Both the position numbers and the translations under genes were made by a program. From NCBI GenBank assembly GCA_030295235.1, contig AP026173.1:434001-498000 (forward strand): a stretch of DNA of 64,000 nucleotides, in the 5' to 3' direction. This document shows positions 47,872-59,844 of the stretch, piece after piece. Under the pieces are notes generated by a model. The model saw only the letters and a list, made by a program, of their open reading frames with translations, searched no databases and had not been told where the DNA came from. Origin of the DNA: Fistulifera solaris (taxonomy: Eukaryota). Every line of letters begins with the position of its first letter. The first letter of the stretch is position 1.

Positions 47872-48118
47872 AAGAAAAACAGTTGCTGTACTTACATTCA
47901 TTTTCGATAAATCATCTATCTTAGAGTATTTGCCCAGTAAATAGAGCAAGTAAACTGGAATCATAACTGATATTCGTACTCGATCAGCATAGAAATCTTG
48001 CTGGGACGTTTTGAAAAGTGAACTTCTAACAATAGTATTGATGAATGACTCTTAGGAGATAACGCGCGAGGCGCAAACTGCAATCGGGGCGTTCTCGTTC
48101 CGTTTTACCACATTTCGA

Positions 48119-49024
48119 CTACTTCTTCGGAGACGACTCGGAAACAACACTCGCTGGCAACGCCGCATCGACTGCGGGAGGTTTGCCTTGCATCCAAGCA
48201 CGAATGTACAAGAACAAGATACTCAAACTACCCCACGTCAAACCGGCCACGACTCCCGCATCCACAATGTTCCTCCAAGGATACGGAAAGCGTTTCACTA
48301 AAGCAACGATGGCCGCGACACCCATTGTTACACTCCAACTGACAATGGCACGTTTGCGCGTCGCGTGGATCATTCCCATACTGTACAACGGAGCGAAAAG
48401 AAAGTGATACCATTGGGTGCCATTTTTGCCCGGAATCAAGGTAAAGGATCGTGTCACTACGAGGGGGCTGAATTTTTGCTGAAAGCCTTTGTAGCCTTCC
48501 ACGTACGCGAACCACAAGCACGTGACAATATACGCTCTGGTGACCGATTGTATACAATAATTATGGATAAGAAAAACTTTGAAAGAACACGACCGTCAAG
48601 CTGAGGCACTCACCCTAATTGAAATTGTGTCAAAGGTACGGCTCCAGCGAGGAATGGCTCCTGAGCAATCGGCATGACTCGTTTGATAGCTTTGGCTAGT
48701 ATATACAATACACCACCGGTTCCCCAAATAGAGCCACTGATGAGACAACGCGATCGAGCGAGAAAGAAAAACGACAGCGGATGAGAAAGAAGCAACGTTG
48801 TGTACGCGCGAGGGCAAGATAACTTACAAGATGGTAACAGTACTCGTAAAAGGGCATTTCGTTTCGGCTTGGTAGGGAGAAGACGCTTTTAAGTATCCAC
48901 CTCGCAAAGGCGCCGGTTTGATGGTGTGAATTGACGGTGCGTGATGGATCGGTTGTAGATTGGAAAAGCCGTACGTTATCTGTACCAGCAAAGCTGTCAG
49001 GGACATGAGAAACGACAACCGCAT
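48119..49024 (-). CDS. Membrane protein with bipartite presequence, unknown function
   Basis: Introns 48737-48827 and 48537-48613 join WGTGGV, FAYVEGYKGFQQKFSP.VV.R, APLYSMG..HA and PWRNIVDAGVV.GL.WG. Signal ending TYG|FS. Confidence 0.75.
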
Positions 49025-49351
49025 GATAACTGGTGCTTGTAAGGATAAGAAGAAGAATAAGACAACCGATGTCCTGTTGAGGTGCGAAGGGCGAAGGTTT
49101 GTGGAGGAAACGGGTCGGATCGACGGATCCGTCGCGGATCTTTTGCGGCCAAGAACACGTTACCTATGCGACAACATGTCACACCACATCTAACGTCTCT
49201 GTCAGATGCAAAACGTGTAGGACTGTACGAAGAGAGAGTACGAGCTTTCTTTTTTCGTCCCTGCATAGAAACACGCGTCAACAGAACATCATCGACATTA
49301 TTATTTATTCGTTCTGCTTTCGTTGCATTACAACTCAAGTCTCTGCATAGT

Positions 49352-50455
49352 ATGAATAAATCGCTACCACCTTGCCCCTGTCATTCCAAACGACGTGTAT
49401 TGTGTCACTATTGCGTAGAACGAGCGCTAAAACCGCTTCAAGAACGACACCGAGAAGCTCGCGAACGGTGGGAAAATGCACGCACGAATTGTATCATTCG
49501 TTCGGAAGACACGACGTTGGCCGAATTGCAAGAAACCAGTCGACGATTGCGACAGCGACTCGAATTTTTGAAGGAACTGACTTCCTCGACGGCTCTGGAA
49601 GTGTGTGCTGCGGCCGTGGCGAACGAGCGGTCGCCACAAGAAACCGCACTCGAGGTACAAGAAGTTTATCAACGTCTGCAGGCATTTCAGCAAGCCAGTT
49701 ATCCGGCATTGCAAGATGCGTATGACTCGGCACAACAACAAATAAGAGCTTTGAGGATACAATGGGCTTTAGCAGCGTTTCGGATTCATAAAATAGTCGT
49801 CGATCCTATCATCAAGACCGATCACAAACAGGCACGGGGAATTGGAAAGATCGGGGGACTGCCTCTTCCCAACGCCGGTCCCGAACTATTTGCGGTACTT
49901 CCGGCGTCGGAATTACAATCTGCGTTGCGTATGGTGGCGTCATCGACTTGTTTAGTGGCAAGGTGTTTGGGAATATCGTTGCCTCATCCCATTTTGCTAC
50001 GACCTTCTCTGCAACGGGACGACATTATCGAATGTAATGACACCCCGAAAGTCGAAACCAGCAACATATCAACGAAGCTCTCGACTACAGTGGCACTGGC
50101 AGCTCAGAAAGTGTCGCGGTCGGTATTTGCGTCTCCCAGAGCGGAAAGCGAAAGTGTTTTATCCGCGCCACCTTCCATGGACCCCGCCAAAGTTCAGCAA
50201 CGACTCCGGCACAGTCGTGCCGCGATCTTGGCCGAAAATACGTCCCCCAATAGTTCAACGTACGCACTCGAAGCCTCAGTCTTAGGAGAAGAATTTGCCA
50301 CCGCTTGGCAGTTGTTACAGAACAATGTCGTTCATCTTTGTATTCGAGCCGGTGTCCCCGTATCCAATTTGTGGCCCGCACAGGCCGTGTTACTCAATTT
50401 ACACGCCCTATATCTGTATTGCAAAGAAGAAGAGGAGATCAACGAACATACATGA
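49352..50455 (+). CDS. ATG14/UVRAG(Vps38)-like autophagy PI3K complex subunit
   Basis: N-terminal CxC..CxxC, coiled coil, then IGGLPLP, SALRMVA....VARCLGISLPHPI, F..AWQLLQNNVVHLC...GV. Confidence 0.6.
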   Translation: MNKSLPPCPCHSKRRVLCHYCVERALKPLQERHREARERWENARTNCIIRSEDTTLAELQETSRRLRQRLEFLKELTSSTALEVCAAAVANERSPQETALEVQEVYQRLQAFQQASYPALQDAYDSAQQQIRALRIQWALAAFRIHKIVVDPIIKTDHKQARGIGKIGGLPLPNAGPELFAVLPASELQSALRMVASSTCLVARCLGISLPHPILLRPSLQRDDIIECNDTPKVETSNISTKLSTTVALAAQKVSRSVFASPRAESESVLSAPPSMDPAKVQQRLRHSRAAILAENTSPNSSTYALEASVLGEEFATAWQLLQNNVVHLCIRAGVPVSNLWPAQAVLLNLHALYLYCKEEEEINEHT

Positions 50456-50547
50456 AAGACCTTGTTGTGGTCGCGTATGATTGATTCTTCAGATGGATGA
50501 TTTAGTGAAAATTGCGTTTCATAAACTTTCTAAAATTTATACACTAT

Positions 50548-53399
50548 CTAATTATTCGATTGCACATGAGCGCTAGGTACTGCATTTGATTCTTCGTCGG
50601 CGTGGAAAATATAGCGACTTCTTTCTAGGTTGTCGAAGAACGACTTGGTGAAGACACAGACTTTATCAACGTCGAACTCCGTGCCGTTCTTGTCGATGCA
50701 CGACATTAAACGCCCCCAAACGTGGGTAATACCTATATGCTTCAACTCTAGATCGGATAGCTTCCCTTTAAATAATTTTCGAAAGCGCATATCCTCTTGG
50801 ATCATGTCGGACCATTCCATATGATCGGACAAAGCGCTCATGAACTCTAATAAAATCGATCCGACGACAGGAAAATTGACGGGGAGAACATACGAGCCAT
50901 CGTCTCGAGTGGCGCTGCGAGCAATATTGATTCTCGTCATATGAGTAGCTGTAAAACCATGATGCCTGTCTGCTTCGCCACTTTCCTCGCTAAATTTTCT
51001 CTTTTCATTTTCCTGCTGATTTTCCGAGTCAAAGTCGTGTTGGACAAGTCGCCGATACGTCATACTGTAATCTTTGGGGCGGATTCCATCCATTATTCTA
51101 AGGAAACATTGTCAGGCCAAAACGTTTCAGTTTCACTTAATAAATTCGGTGTCGAACTTACTTCCTTATGTCACCTGGTCCAAAAGGATATCAGGAGAAC
51201 CAGCCTTAATTGCTTCATAGTCAGAAGTCAAGCGGCTAGCTCTCTTGGCATTTATTCCACGCGACATCCAAAATGCCATGCAGGAAGATCCTTTTTCCGG
51301 CTTCCCTCCAATCCAAACTCCTTTTGTGTTATTAAATATGTCATCCAGTATCTGCAGAGACGGAACATCGAAAGTCGGATCACGAAGCTTGAGTGCGTGG
51401 TGCAAGTGAAGCACGGACTTTAACTGACCAATCGAATCAATAGTGGCAGATCCCAAACCGATGGAGCATATAGTTGTTGCAAAAGAACGTATTCCCCTCC
51501 AATAAGAGGATTCCAAAGAGCAAACATCTCGGTTTCGACTGGATTCAGAGCTTGCACTTGATCGAGCTTTGCAGGGATCAGCTTGGCCAGCCCTGCCAAA
51601 CAACCAAACTTTTGAATTTCTTCGTAAAACTTAGGAGTATTTTCAGGTGACTTTGGCTTATCTGCCGCGGCTTTAAATTGCTCGAAGAGAGTGTTATAAG
51701 ACTGTTTTGCGCACCCAGCGACACGATACAAGTCGCCATCTCCCTGGAGTACAAAAATCGACATCAACACCGCATGCAGGCCAAAGCTAAGGGCAACGGG
51801 CACTGGTCTTGTAAGATCCCCCTTTAAGTGACGGTGCAACAAATCAAAAACGGTTATCAGATATGACCGAGTGGGTAGCTTGTCCATGTGTGCAAATCTG
51901 CAAATCTTCGATAATTCTGGTAAAATAGTAGTCGCAAAAAGACCATCGAAGTCGTTTCGTATGCCGCGAGCAAGACTCTTCTTTTCATCGAATGGCGGTC
52001 CAAAAGATCCTGCCCGCCCAACCGGTATTTCATTATCTTTAACGATGCCCATGAACATCTGCACAATCCTTTGTGTGCTAAGGATACAGAAGTTTCCTCC
52101 AATGTATTGACAATAACGGAACCACACGTGCGGTTGCATTCCCGCTGTAGCGAATTTTTCAGCAGCACTCGGATTGCTAACGTTGCGTGCATGGAACTCG
52201 ACATCACGAAGAGTTTCAAAGCAGGTGAGCCCATGAATGAACCGCGCATAATCTTCCGCTACTCGCGGTTCCAAACCAGACCGCTTGACAAACCGATTGA
52301 TAATGGAGGGCATTCTTTCGTGCCCATTTTGGTTGTGAAAAGGACATTCGATGACTTCTGCCAAAAACTGAAGACTCATATGAGGATGCTTCCGTAAGCG
52401 AGTTTTATCGATCAACTTGTTGATTTCCGCGATGAATTCCGTCATGAAAACAAGGGCCAGGACGCGATAGAATGACGAAAGGTGAGGGTGTTCTACCGCC
52501 AGTTCATTTTCCGCTCGATTCACGCTGTCGATAGCGACATTCGCTACAACTGTACATTCCATAAGTAGCTGCATGCAGCTGGAAGACGGATGCGTTGCCT
52601 TGTCCCCCCTCATGCAACTTTTTAAAAGCTTATATTGTTGTTGAATAGTCCCCATTAACTCATCCATTGTGTGCAGAAAAACGGCGGCTTGAAATCGATC
52701 GTCACCTTTCAAGAGCGCCTCATAAATGTCGATTGGTTCCTCTACTTCGATTCCGGAGTATTGTGGCAAATTGCCCTCCTTGATATCACGGTCCATATCT
52801 TCCCAATTTACTTCTTCATCATCATCGCGATCGTCGAGCGTTAACGCGCCAAATCGGCCGCCTATTGTTTGTGGAATATTTTCGTCATTTTCGGTTGTAT
52901 TGATGAGGGCATCCGCCATTCGATTCGCAAATTGCAGAGCACTTCGACAATATTTGAGAACGTCGATAATGTAACGGTGCCCGAGATCGCCGCCGTCCTT
53001 CGACCCAAAATGCTTCGCCGTCACTTTCTCTCGCAAGCGTACACTCGACGATAAGCTGCTCATGATCTCTGGTGGGGTAACAATAGGGTCCTTTTCCTCT
53101 TTCAGATACACGCTCCTGTTGTGGTCTAAAATTAGTTGCACTCCGTTGCGATAATCATTCACCGACGTCATCTTCAGGTTAGGGCAAGCATGAAACGACA
53201 TCCAGTTATGAAACTTTAACGTCGCTTCCTTGTACACAGCGTAGTGCCCACCGCTGCTCGCTGACGGAGCATGTTTCTGTTTGTCATGGAACGTAGGGAG
53301 CGTATTCTGGATGCGCTGCAGTAAAGGCTGCTCACTCGCTGGTGCTGCCGACTGCGTGCGGCCTTTATTCTTGCCGTTGCTGACTTTTTGAAGCGGCAT
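50548..53399 (-). CDS. Large uncharacterised protein with DUF6604-like N-terminus
   Basis: 659-aa ORF (Y..YK.AT..F..W, R.REKV, H.Y.I.VL, RF.AL) continued by ORFs 51166-51603 and 50548-51093 through a frameshift at about 51485 and a probable intron ending 51098. The DUF assignment is from motif memory. Confidence 0.65.
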
Positions 53400-54039
53400 A
53401 TTAACTTCCTTAAGTCACTTGGTTAGCTGCTAACGATCAATGCAACGAAGACGTAGATGAAAGAGGAATGAGATTATCTTGCTGCAATAATATTTTTCTT
53501 CAACAGAGGCGGTCATCGCCGTGTCGCGGACAACGGAATCAGAGTACCCAGTATTTACAGACTAAAATACCAGTATGGGTCAATAAGTATAAAGAATCAA
53601 ATGATTTGGGGATTCGGTATTCAATTCTACTGATCGGAGCAACAGGTCACAATCGAAGGCTTAAATACTTATCACTTCTTTCAGTGATACGTCATACTGT
53701 ACATGACGAACAAAACAGCTCAGTATGAAGTTTACTGTATGCAATAAACAAGCTGCATCCATACAGTACGAAGTACGAACCGTCAACCGTGTGCAAACAG
53801 ACGCTCACAAATCAAGGGCCTATAACCAGGTAGAGGGCTATAAGGGGCAAACGGCAAGCGTTAGTTCATGGTTCATGGTTCATGCCATCTTAGCTCCATG
53901 AAGCATGATTGATTGACGTAAAATAACAGCCTTCGTATTTCTAATTCAGTAAGTTATTACATGATGGCAGGTGGGCGTATACTTGCGCCACAAGAAAAAT
54001 AACGCAAATGCCTGGTGACTGGTGAAGAATCCCGCAGTA

Positions 54040-55203
54040 TTAAGCCATTTCTAGAGTGCCGCCCTGTGCAAACTGCACCACCCACTCTAGCCAGCGTGGG
54101 GCTTCTAACTGACAGTGCACCGTGTCTCCCGAAACCGGATGCGAAAATCTTATTTCCATGGCCCAAAGACATAGCTTGGAACCGTACGGATCCGGTTGCG
54201 GTTTACCGCCTCCATACCGCAAATCACCCACAATCGGATGCTTCAATCCCTGCAAATGTTTCCGAAGTTGATGTTTGCGACCCGTTTCCGGCCACAGATC
54301 GAGGACCGTCACGAAGGTGTCGGGCAAGCAAATGGATGTGTCCTCTCCCCGCGAATGTATCGGTATTACGTGCACCGGTTTGTATTCCGTCTTGGCGGGT
54401 CGGCCTTGAATCGACTCTTCACAAATTCCACCGCTTCGACACGCGCCCCACACCAACGCACGGTATCGTTTGTGACATTGGCGTGTCGCGAATGCGTCGC
54501 GGAGTTTCACCTCGGCGGAGCGTGTCTTGGCCACGACCAGCAATCCACCCGTGGCACTATCCAAACGATGGACCGGACGTGGTTTGCGAAAAATATTGGG
54601 GACTTTGGTTGCGACCGAGACGGCTAGTGGTAATAATAGGTCCGATTTCCACAAGGTTTCTTTATCTCCTTGAACTGGCATGCCCTGTGGTTTGTCAATC
54701 ACTGCCAGTGCATCGTCGCTGTATATAATCCGTAAGGGTTGTTGGTAGATTGAATTTGTTTCAATGGTCGGATGTATCTGGTTCACATGCGTTTGAACGG
54801 CGGTGATGGTAGCAAAGGCTTTCCGACAGGTCGCGCATGCTATGTGTTTGATCGGCAGTGTTTCGGCTTGTCGGATCCATTGTAACTTCCACCGACTTAC
54901 GACATTCGTTTCGTGGCTCGTTTCAATAGAGATGACACGCACATCACATTGTTTTGGGAGTATTATAAGTCTGCCGTACTGGGATGAATGGAGGATGTCG
55001 TCCTCGATACGGAACGGCAAATCATGGTGAAGAAAAGTGTTTCCTCCCGTTCTTATCTCCATTCGAGCCTTTTCTAACGACGACGCCCAAACAAACGAGT
55101 AAAGACCCGTCTTTTGGACATACTGTGATTCTTGTAACTGTTTCCAATCCGATTCCCAAGACCGATCAGAAACAATCGTCAGAGTTTCTTCGATCGCTGC
55201 CAT
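54040..55203 (-). CDS. RluA-family RNA pseudouridine synthase with a C2H2 zinc finger
   Basis: VIDKPQG, VHRLDSATGGLLVVAK, TGRKHQLRKH, HPIVGD.RYG. CATCRKAF......THVNQIH lies upstream of the catalytic domain. Confidence 0.88.
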   Translation of the reverse strand: MAAIEETLTIVSDRSWESDWKQLQESQYVQKTGLYSFVWASSLEKARMEIRTGGNTFLHHDLPFRIEDDILHSSQYGRLIILPKQCDVRVISIETSHETNVVSRWKLQWIRQAETLPIKHIACATCRKAFATITAVQTHVNQIHPTIETNSIYQQPLRIIYSDDALAVIDKPQGMPVQGDKETLWKSDLLLPLAVSVATKVPNIFRKPRPVHRLDSATGGLLVVAKTRSAEVKLRDAFATRQCHKRYRALVWGACRSGGICEESIQGRPAKTEYKPVHVIPIHSRGEDTSICLPDTFVTVLDLWPETGRKHQLRKHLQGLKHPIVGDLRYGGGKPQPDPYGSKLCLWAMEIRFSHPVSGDTVHCQLEAPRWLEWVVQFAQGGTLEMA

Positions 55204-55671
55204 CTGGGTGCCCGGAGAACGCGAGTTGCGAATAATAGGACCTAATTCAAACACTGCGAGACAAGACTGCTTTCGTTAGAGCTGGGAAAGCGTTGAACAT
55301 TAAATGCTAGTAAAATGAATGGTGTCGGCATCATCGCCAATATCTTTCATTTTTGTTTTGTTGATGGAAACACGCGCGACGTTGAAAGGAGACACAAGAC
55401 TACATTATTTGTAATTATATTGAAAATTTTATTTTTTAGTATGACTTAAAATGTATATTACCTTTTGATGTGAATAATAAGTAAGCAACATGTTACCAAA
55501 AATGGAGTCCTGTTACGACGTATAGGACTACTAATTTGGCTATAGCGTAAATGGGACGCTACTGGAAGTGCTCAGTGCGCTCATAGAGTTGCGTTTTCTT
55601 CATTCAAGGCAGTGAAAAGCAATAAGCTGTCTTACAATTGCTCTTTATCTTCTTTCTTTCATTTTTCCATA

Positions 55672-58600
55672 ATGACACTCCGGATACAATGGATTTTATT
55701 AGCGTGGCTTGCAGTGTGGTTCCCGGGATGTGACAGCTCCGGCGACTGGACGTATTGCGACCGCGCCTTTTGGATCCGTCGCGATGACCACGGCGACGTG
55801 TACGTGTACGCGCATACGCTCGACAACGGCCTGCTCATTCCTCCGCAATTTTATCCTCCTCCGGAAGAAGTATTGACGCACGCACGGTTCTTTGAATTGC
55901 TAGGAAAAGTCACGCAATACAATTTCGAAAAGACCCTCGATCAACACACGTCCATTCGTCATGAGGTAGCGGAGCCCTTTGTGTATCCGGAATTTTTGGA
56001 GTTTTTGCGCATCAAAAAGTTTGAATGTGGGAGTCCGTGGACGCAAACGGAAGAAAGTCAAGTGACGCGCATGGTGCTGTCGCACTTTTACGCGGAAGTA
56101 GAAGGAATGAAAGGTTTGACCAATTGGGTAAATCCGTTGACATCGTTTTGCACATGGAAGGGCATTCACTGTGATAGTCAATGGAAATTTCAGGAACTCA
56201 AATTGACGCACCTGTCGCTAAAAGGGACTTTGCCGACGGAACTGGGATTGATCCCGTCTTTGCCGGTCCTGAATTTGTCGGGCAATCAATTGCATGGGAC
56301 TATTCCGGCGGCACTCCTTTCCAATATTCAACATTTAGACTTGTCCGGGAATCAGTTTACTAGTATAGCTTGGGAAAAGAGTCAAATCAATACACATGGT
56401 TCAAAGGAACCTGTCATTGAGTATCTGGACGTTTCCGTGAACCATTTGTCCGGGTCATTGCCGACTCGATGGAACTCGCAACTCGCGAATTTGCGCATTC
56501 TCGATGTCAGTCGGAATGCGTTCAACGGATCAATCACGTCCTTAGCCAATGGTGACTTGCCGTCACTGGAAATGCTCTTCTTGGGTGCTAACTTGTTTAC
56601 GGGCACTCTACCGACCTTCACCGGGTCTTCCTTGCGATTGCTAGATGTCGGTCTGAATTTGTTGACGGGGACGATTCCTGCACCCTTACCTACATCACTG
56701 GAAGCTGTGATTCTAGCCGACAATGACTTAGAGGGAGAAAAGACATTAGATTTGTTTTTACCGCTATCCAGGTTGGAAGTTTTGCAATTGCAAAATAATC
56801 ATTTGCGCGGTTCTATTCCCGCTTCAGCGCCGTGGTCCGAGCTCGGAACCTTGTCGTTTCGAAACAACGAATTCACGGGACCGATCCCTCCGCGCTTTTT
56901 ACAGACCGTTCAGCACACAATGCAGTCGTGAGTATTTCCTTGTTCAGTAGCTTTCTGTGGGCATGTTCGTTGCGATGATTCTGACACGGTTCGTCCTCTC
57001 GATACTATTGTGTTTAGTCTGGATGTAGCTTTCAATAGGTTGACTGGAATTCTTGCTCCTGACGTTGGGCTGCTGAAACGTATGCGGACCATAGATGCTG
57101 CTGTGAATCGACTGCGCGGAACGCTTCCCAATGAAATGTTGGGACTGGAACCGAACCTGCGATTGAATTTTTCGGACAACAATCTCATCGGAACAGTTCC
57201 GCACCTCTTTTGTGGCTACGGTACCGCGAATATGCTGTATCGAGAATTCGGGTGTGACGCTGTTTTGTGCCGGGCCGGCACGTTCAATCCGCATGGCCAT
57301 GCGACACTTCACTCAGCCTGTCGACCTTGTCCTGACGGCAATCCCATTATTGGGCGCACTAACTGTGAAAATGTTAAGTTTGTTCACGGGGACTTGAATG
57401 GCGACGGGATTCTTTCTGCCCGGGAAGTGCTTAGAATGGTGTACATTGACTTGATGGGTCGGTTTTGGGGGAAAAACTTTCAGCAGTGGGCCGATATGAG
57501 TATTCATGAGTGTAACTTGATGGGAATTACTTGTAATGACGACGGACAAATTACAAAAATCGATCTTTCAGCTGCTACGATTTGTTCCGACGGTGATGGA
57601 AGACCTGGGCCTGTTCACTACTGCAACGGGCTACCGGGTGAAATCGGTACATTGAGCCATCTGGAGGAATTCTCAGCAAAGTCTAGCCCCTTTCTCACGA
57701 GGGACACTTCCGCCGGAATTGGGGAATCTTGAGAAGCTGCAAATACTCGACCTAGCGGGGCCGAATGCTATTTCTGGTTTAATTCCTCCTGAACTAGGAA
57801 ACCTGACGATGTTGCACTCTTTGGATCTTTCGAACACGCGGTTGCGTGGAAGAATGCCCACAGAGTTATTTACAATTACGAGCCTAAAGAGGCTGCAACT
57901 AAACAACAACAAGCTGACGGGAACTATTCCTTCTTCGTTGGGAGACCTTTCAATCCTGCAGACGGTGCTGTTATCAAGGAATCGACTTAACGGCACTATA
58001 CCTTCCGAAATATCTGGCGCTACCAATCTAGAAAACTTTGAAGCGTATGCCAACTCGCTTAGCGGATCTATACCAACGGAGATTGGAATGTGCACGAAGC
58101 TGAAGCGTATCGGTGAGTTGACAAACTAAATGATCTGTATGGTTCATTTCACCTAAGCTTTCTCAATCCTTTACAGACCTCTTCAGCAACAAATTAGAGG
58201 GGACGATTTCCAGCGAGCTCGGCAATGCACCTTGGCTTCAAATCATACATTTGAAAAAGAATCAACTTACTGGAACGATCCCGTCTTCTCTTGGGAACCT
58301 CGAGTATCTCAGCTGGTTGGATGCGTCGGACAACATACTCATCGGCACAATCCATCCCTCGTTTGCGGAAATTAGGGTTCTCCGCGATCTTCGACTCGGC
58401 GGGAATCGAATCTATGACCCTATTCCTCCCGAGCTGTGCAGAAGCGCGATTTTGAATGGCGGTGCGGCGAAGCGGTTCGGTTGTGATGCCATACTCTGTC
58501 CACTCGGCACGTATGCCCACGATGGGCTCGCAACAAATGATATTGGTTGCAAGCCGTGTCCGGAAGGCAAGACCACCATGTACTTGGGATCGAATCGTTG

Positions 58601-58829
58601 CATACAATTGTCAGAAAAAGACATCTTGTCTATTTTCTTTGAAGTAATGAACGGGAACGAATGGCCGGATGAGGCGAAAAAGAACTGGGGGGATCATTCG
58701 GTGAATTTATGTGAATGGGGTGGTATCACCTGCGACGAAAATGGTGAGGTAAAAGTTTATCGTTCCCCACTCTTGGAGCGGTTCATGCATCGTGAGGCCG
58801 AGAATGCGATGGTTCTGTTCTATAGATAA
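55672..58829 (+). CDS. Secreted leucine-rich repeat protein (plant-type LRRs) with Cys-rich modules
   Basis: Signal peptide, many LxxLxLxxNxLxGxIP repeats, three CxWxGIxC-type caps and two FGCDA(V/I)LC..GT...C.PC modules. Introns near 56928-57017 and 58113-58175, frameshifts at about 57672, 58205 and possibly 58752. No TM or kinase domain seen. Confidence 0.8.
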
Positions 58830-59844
58830 AATGTAAACGAAGGAGGAAATAAACGCGACATCGGATGATGAAGCTCGTTCACGACAAGCTAATTTCACTC
58901 CGAATGCTAAAACGCCTGAGCAAGCTTGGGGAAAAATATGACGAAGACTTCTAACTTCAATAACAATATCAGAGTAAAGTAACCTTTGATTGACACATTT
59001 CGTAAAACCCAACTTATTATCTTATATCTAGAGAATATCAAGAAAATAAGAGCACATCTCTTATTAATTTATAATGTCTAATGATCCGGTGCCCCTCCGT
59101 GCTTTTCATAATACTCATGAAGAGCTTTCTTTTGCACGTCTCGCTTGTGCGAAGTCACTTGGCCTGTGTTAAAAAAAAAGCACGTAGTAAGAAACAAAAC
59201 AGCGGGCATTCCGACTTCCCCATTCTTTTCAGCACTTACCCTTGTAAGCAATGTAACTCGTGGTGTACATGATGAAGGATACAGCCATCATCGTGTGCCA
59301 CAAAGGCTTGGGACTGCAAAGGAAACAACAGTTGTTAGCATCTTTAAAGTCTTTTGTTCGCTTTCAATACAGCGGTTGTACGCACCTGCCCTGGCGAATG
59401 AGCGGATGGTAATAGTTGTGCATGGCCGTTTTGATAGCCGAAAGATCAGGAAGACTCGCCATGATGATAATATAATTTATTCCAGGTACTTGCAGAAGCC
59501 AAAGGATAATAATACAATCCTGTGTTTGTTTTATTGTTGCGCAACAACCAACAACAACAACAAAACCGCGGGCAGCCGCAAAAATCGCTGACGAACCGAC
59601 GACATTTTGCCTACATTCTAACAGATAGTAATATTTGAAGACCCGGATATTTAATCGGTCATGATTTGTCCTGAGACAACATCATGACGTCATCTAACTC
59701 TGTTCGTCCGTCCATCGCACGGCACGATTGACATCATCCGCTGGCGTCGCACTATCTTTCGACTTATTTCGACATCAACAACAACTTTTTTCCGTCAAGC
59801 ACACAAAAGACGATGCTTGCGTCAATATAAGCTCAAAGAAAAGC

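Noticed and set aside
53864..53884. Three tandem GTTCATG units
   Set aside because: Too short and spacer-less to be an array, and no evidence of function.
7020..58760. Programmed ribosomal frameshifting or mass pseudogenisation
   Set aside because: The breaks sit in ordinary homopolymers of many unrelated essential genes, without accompanying nonsense substitutions. Sequencing error is the simpler explanation.
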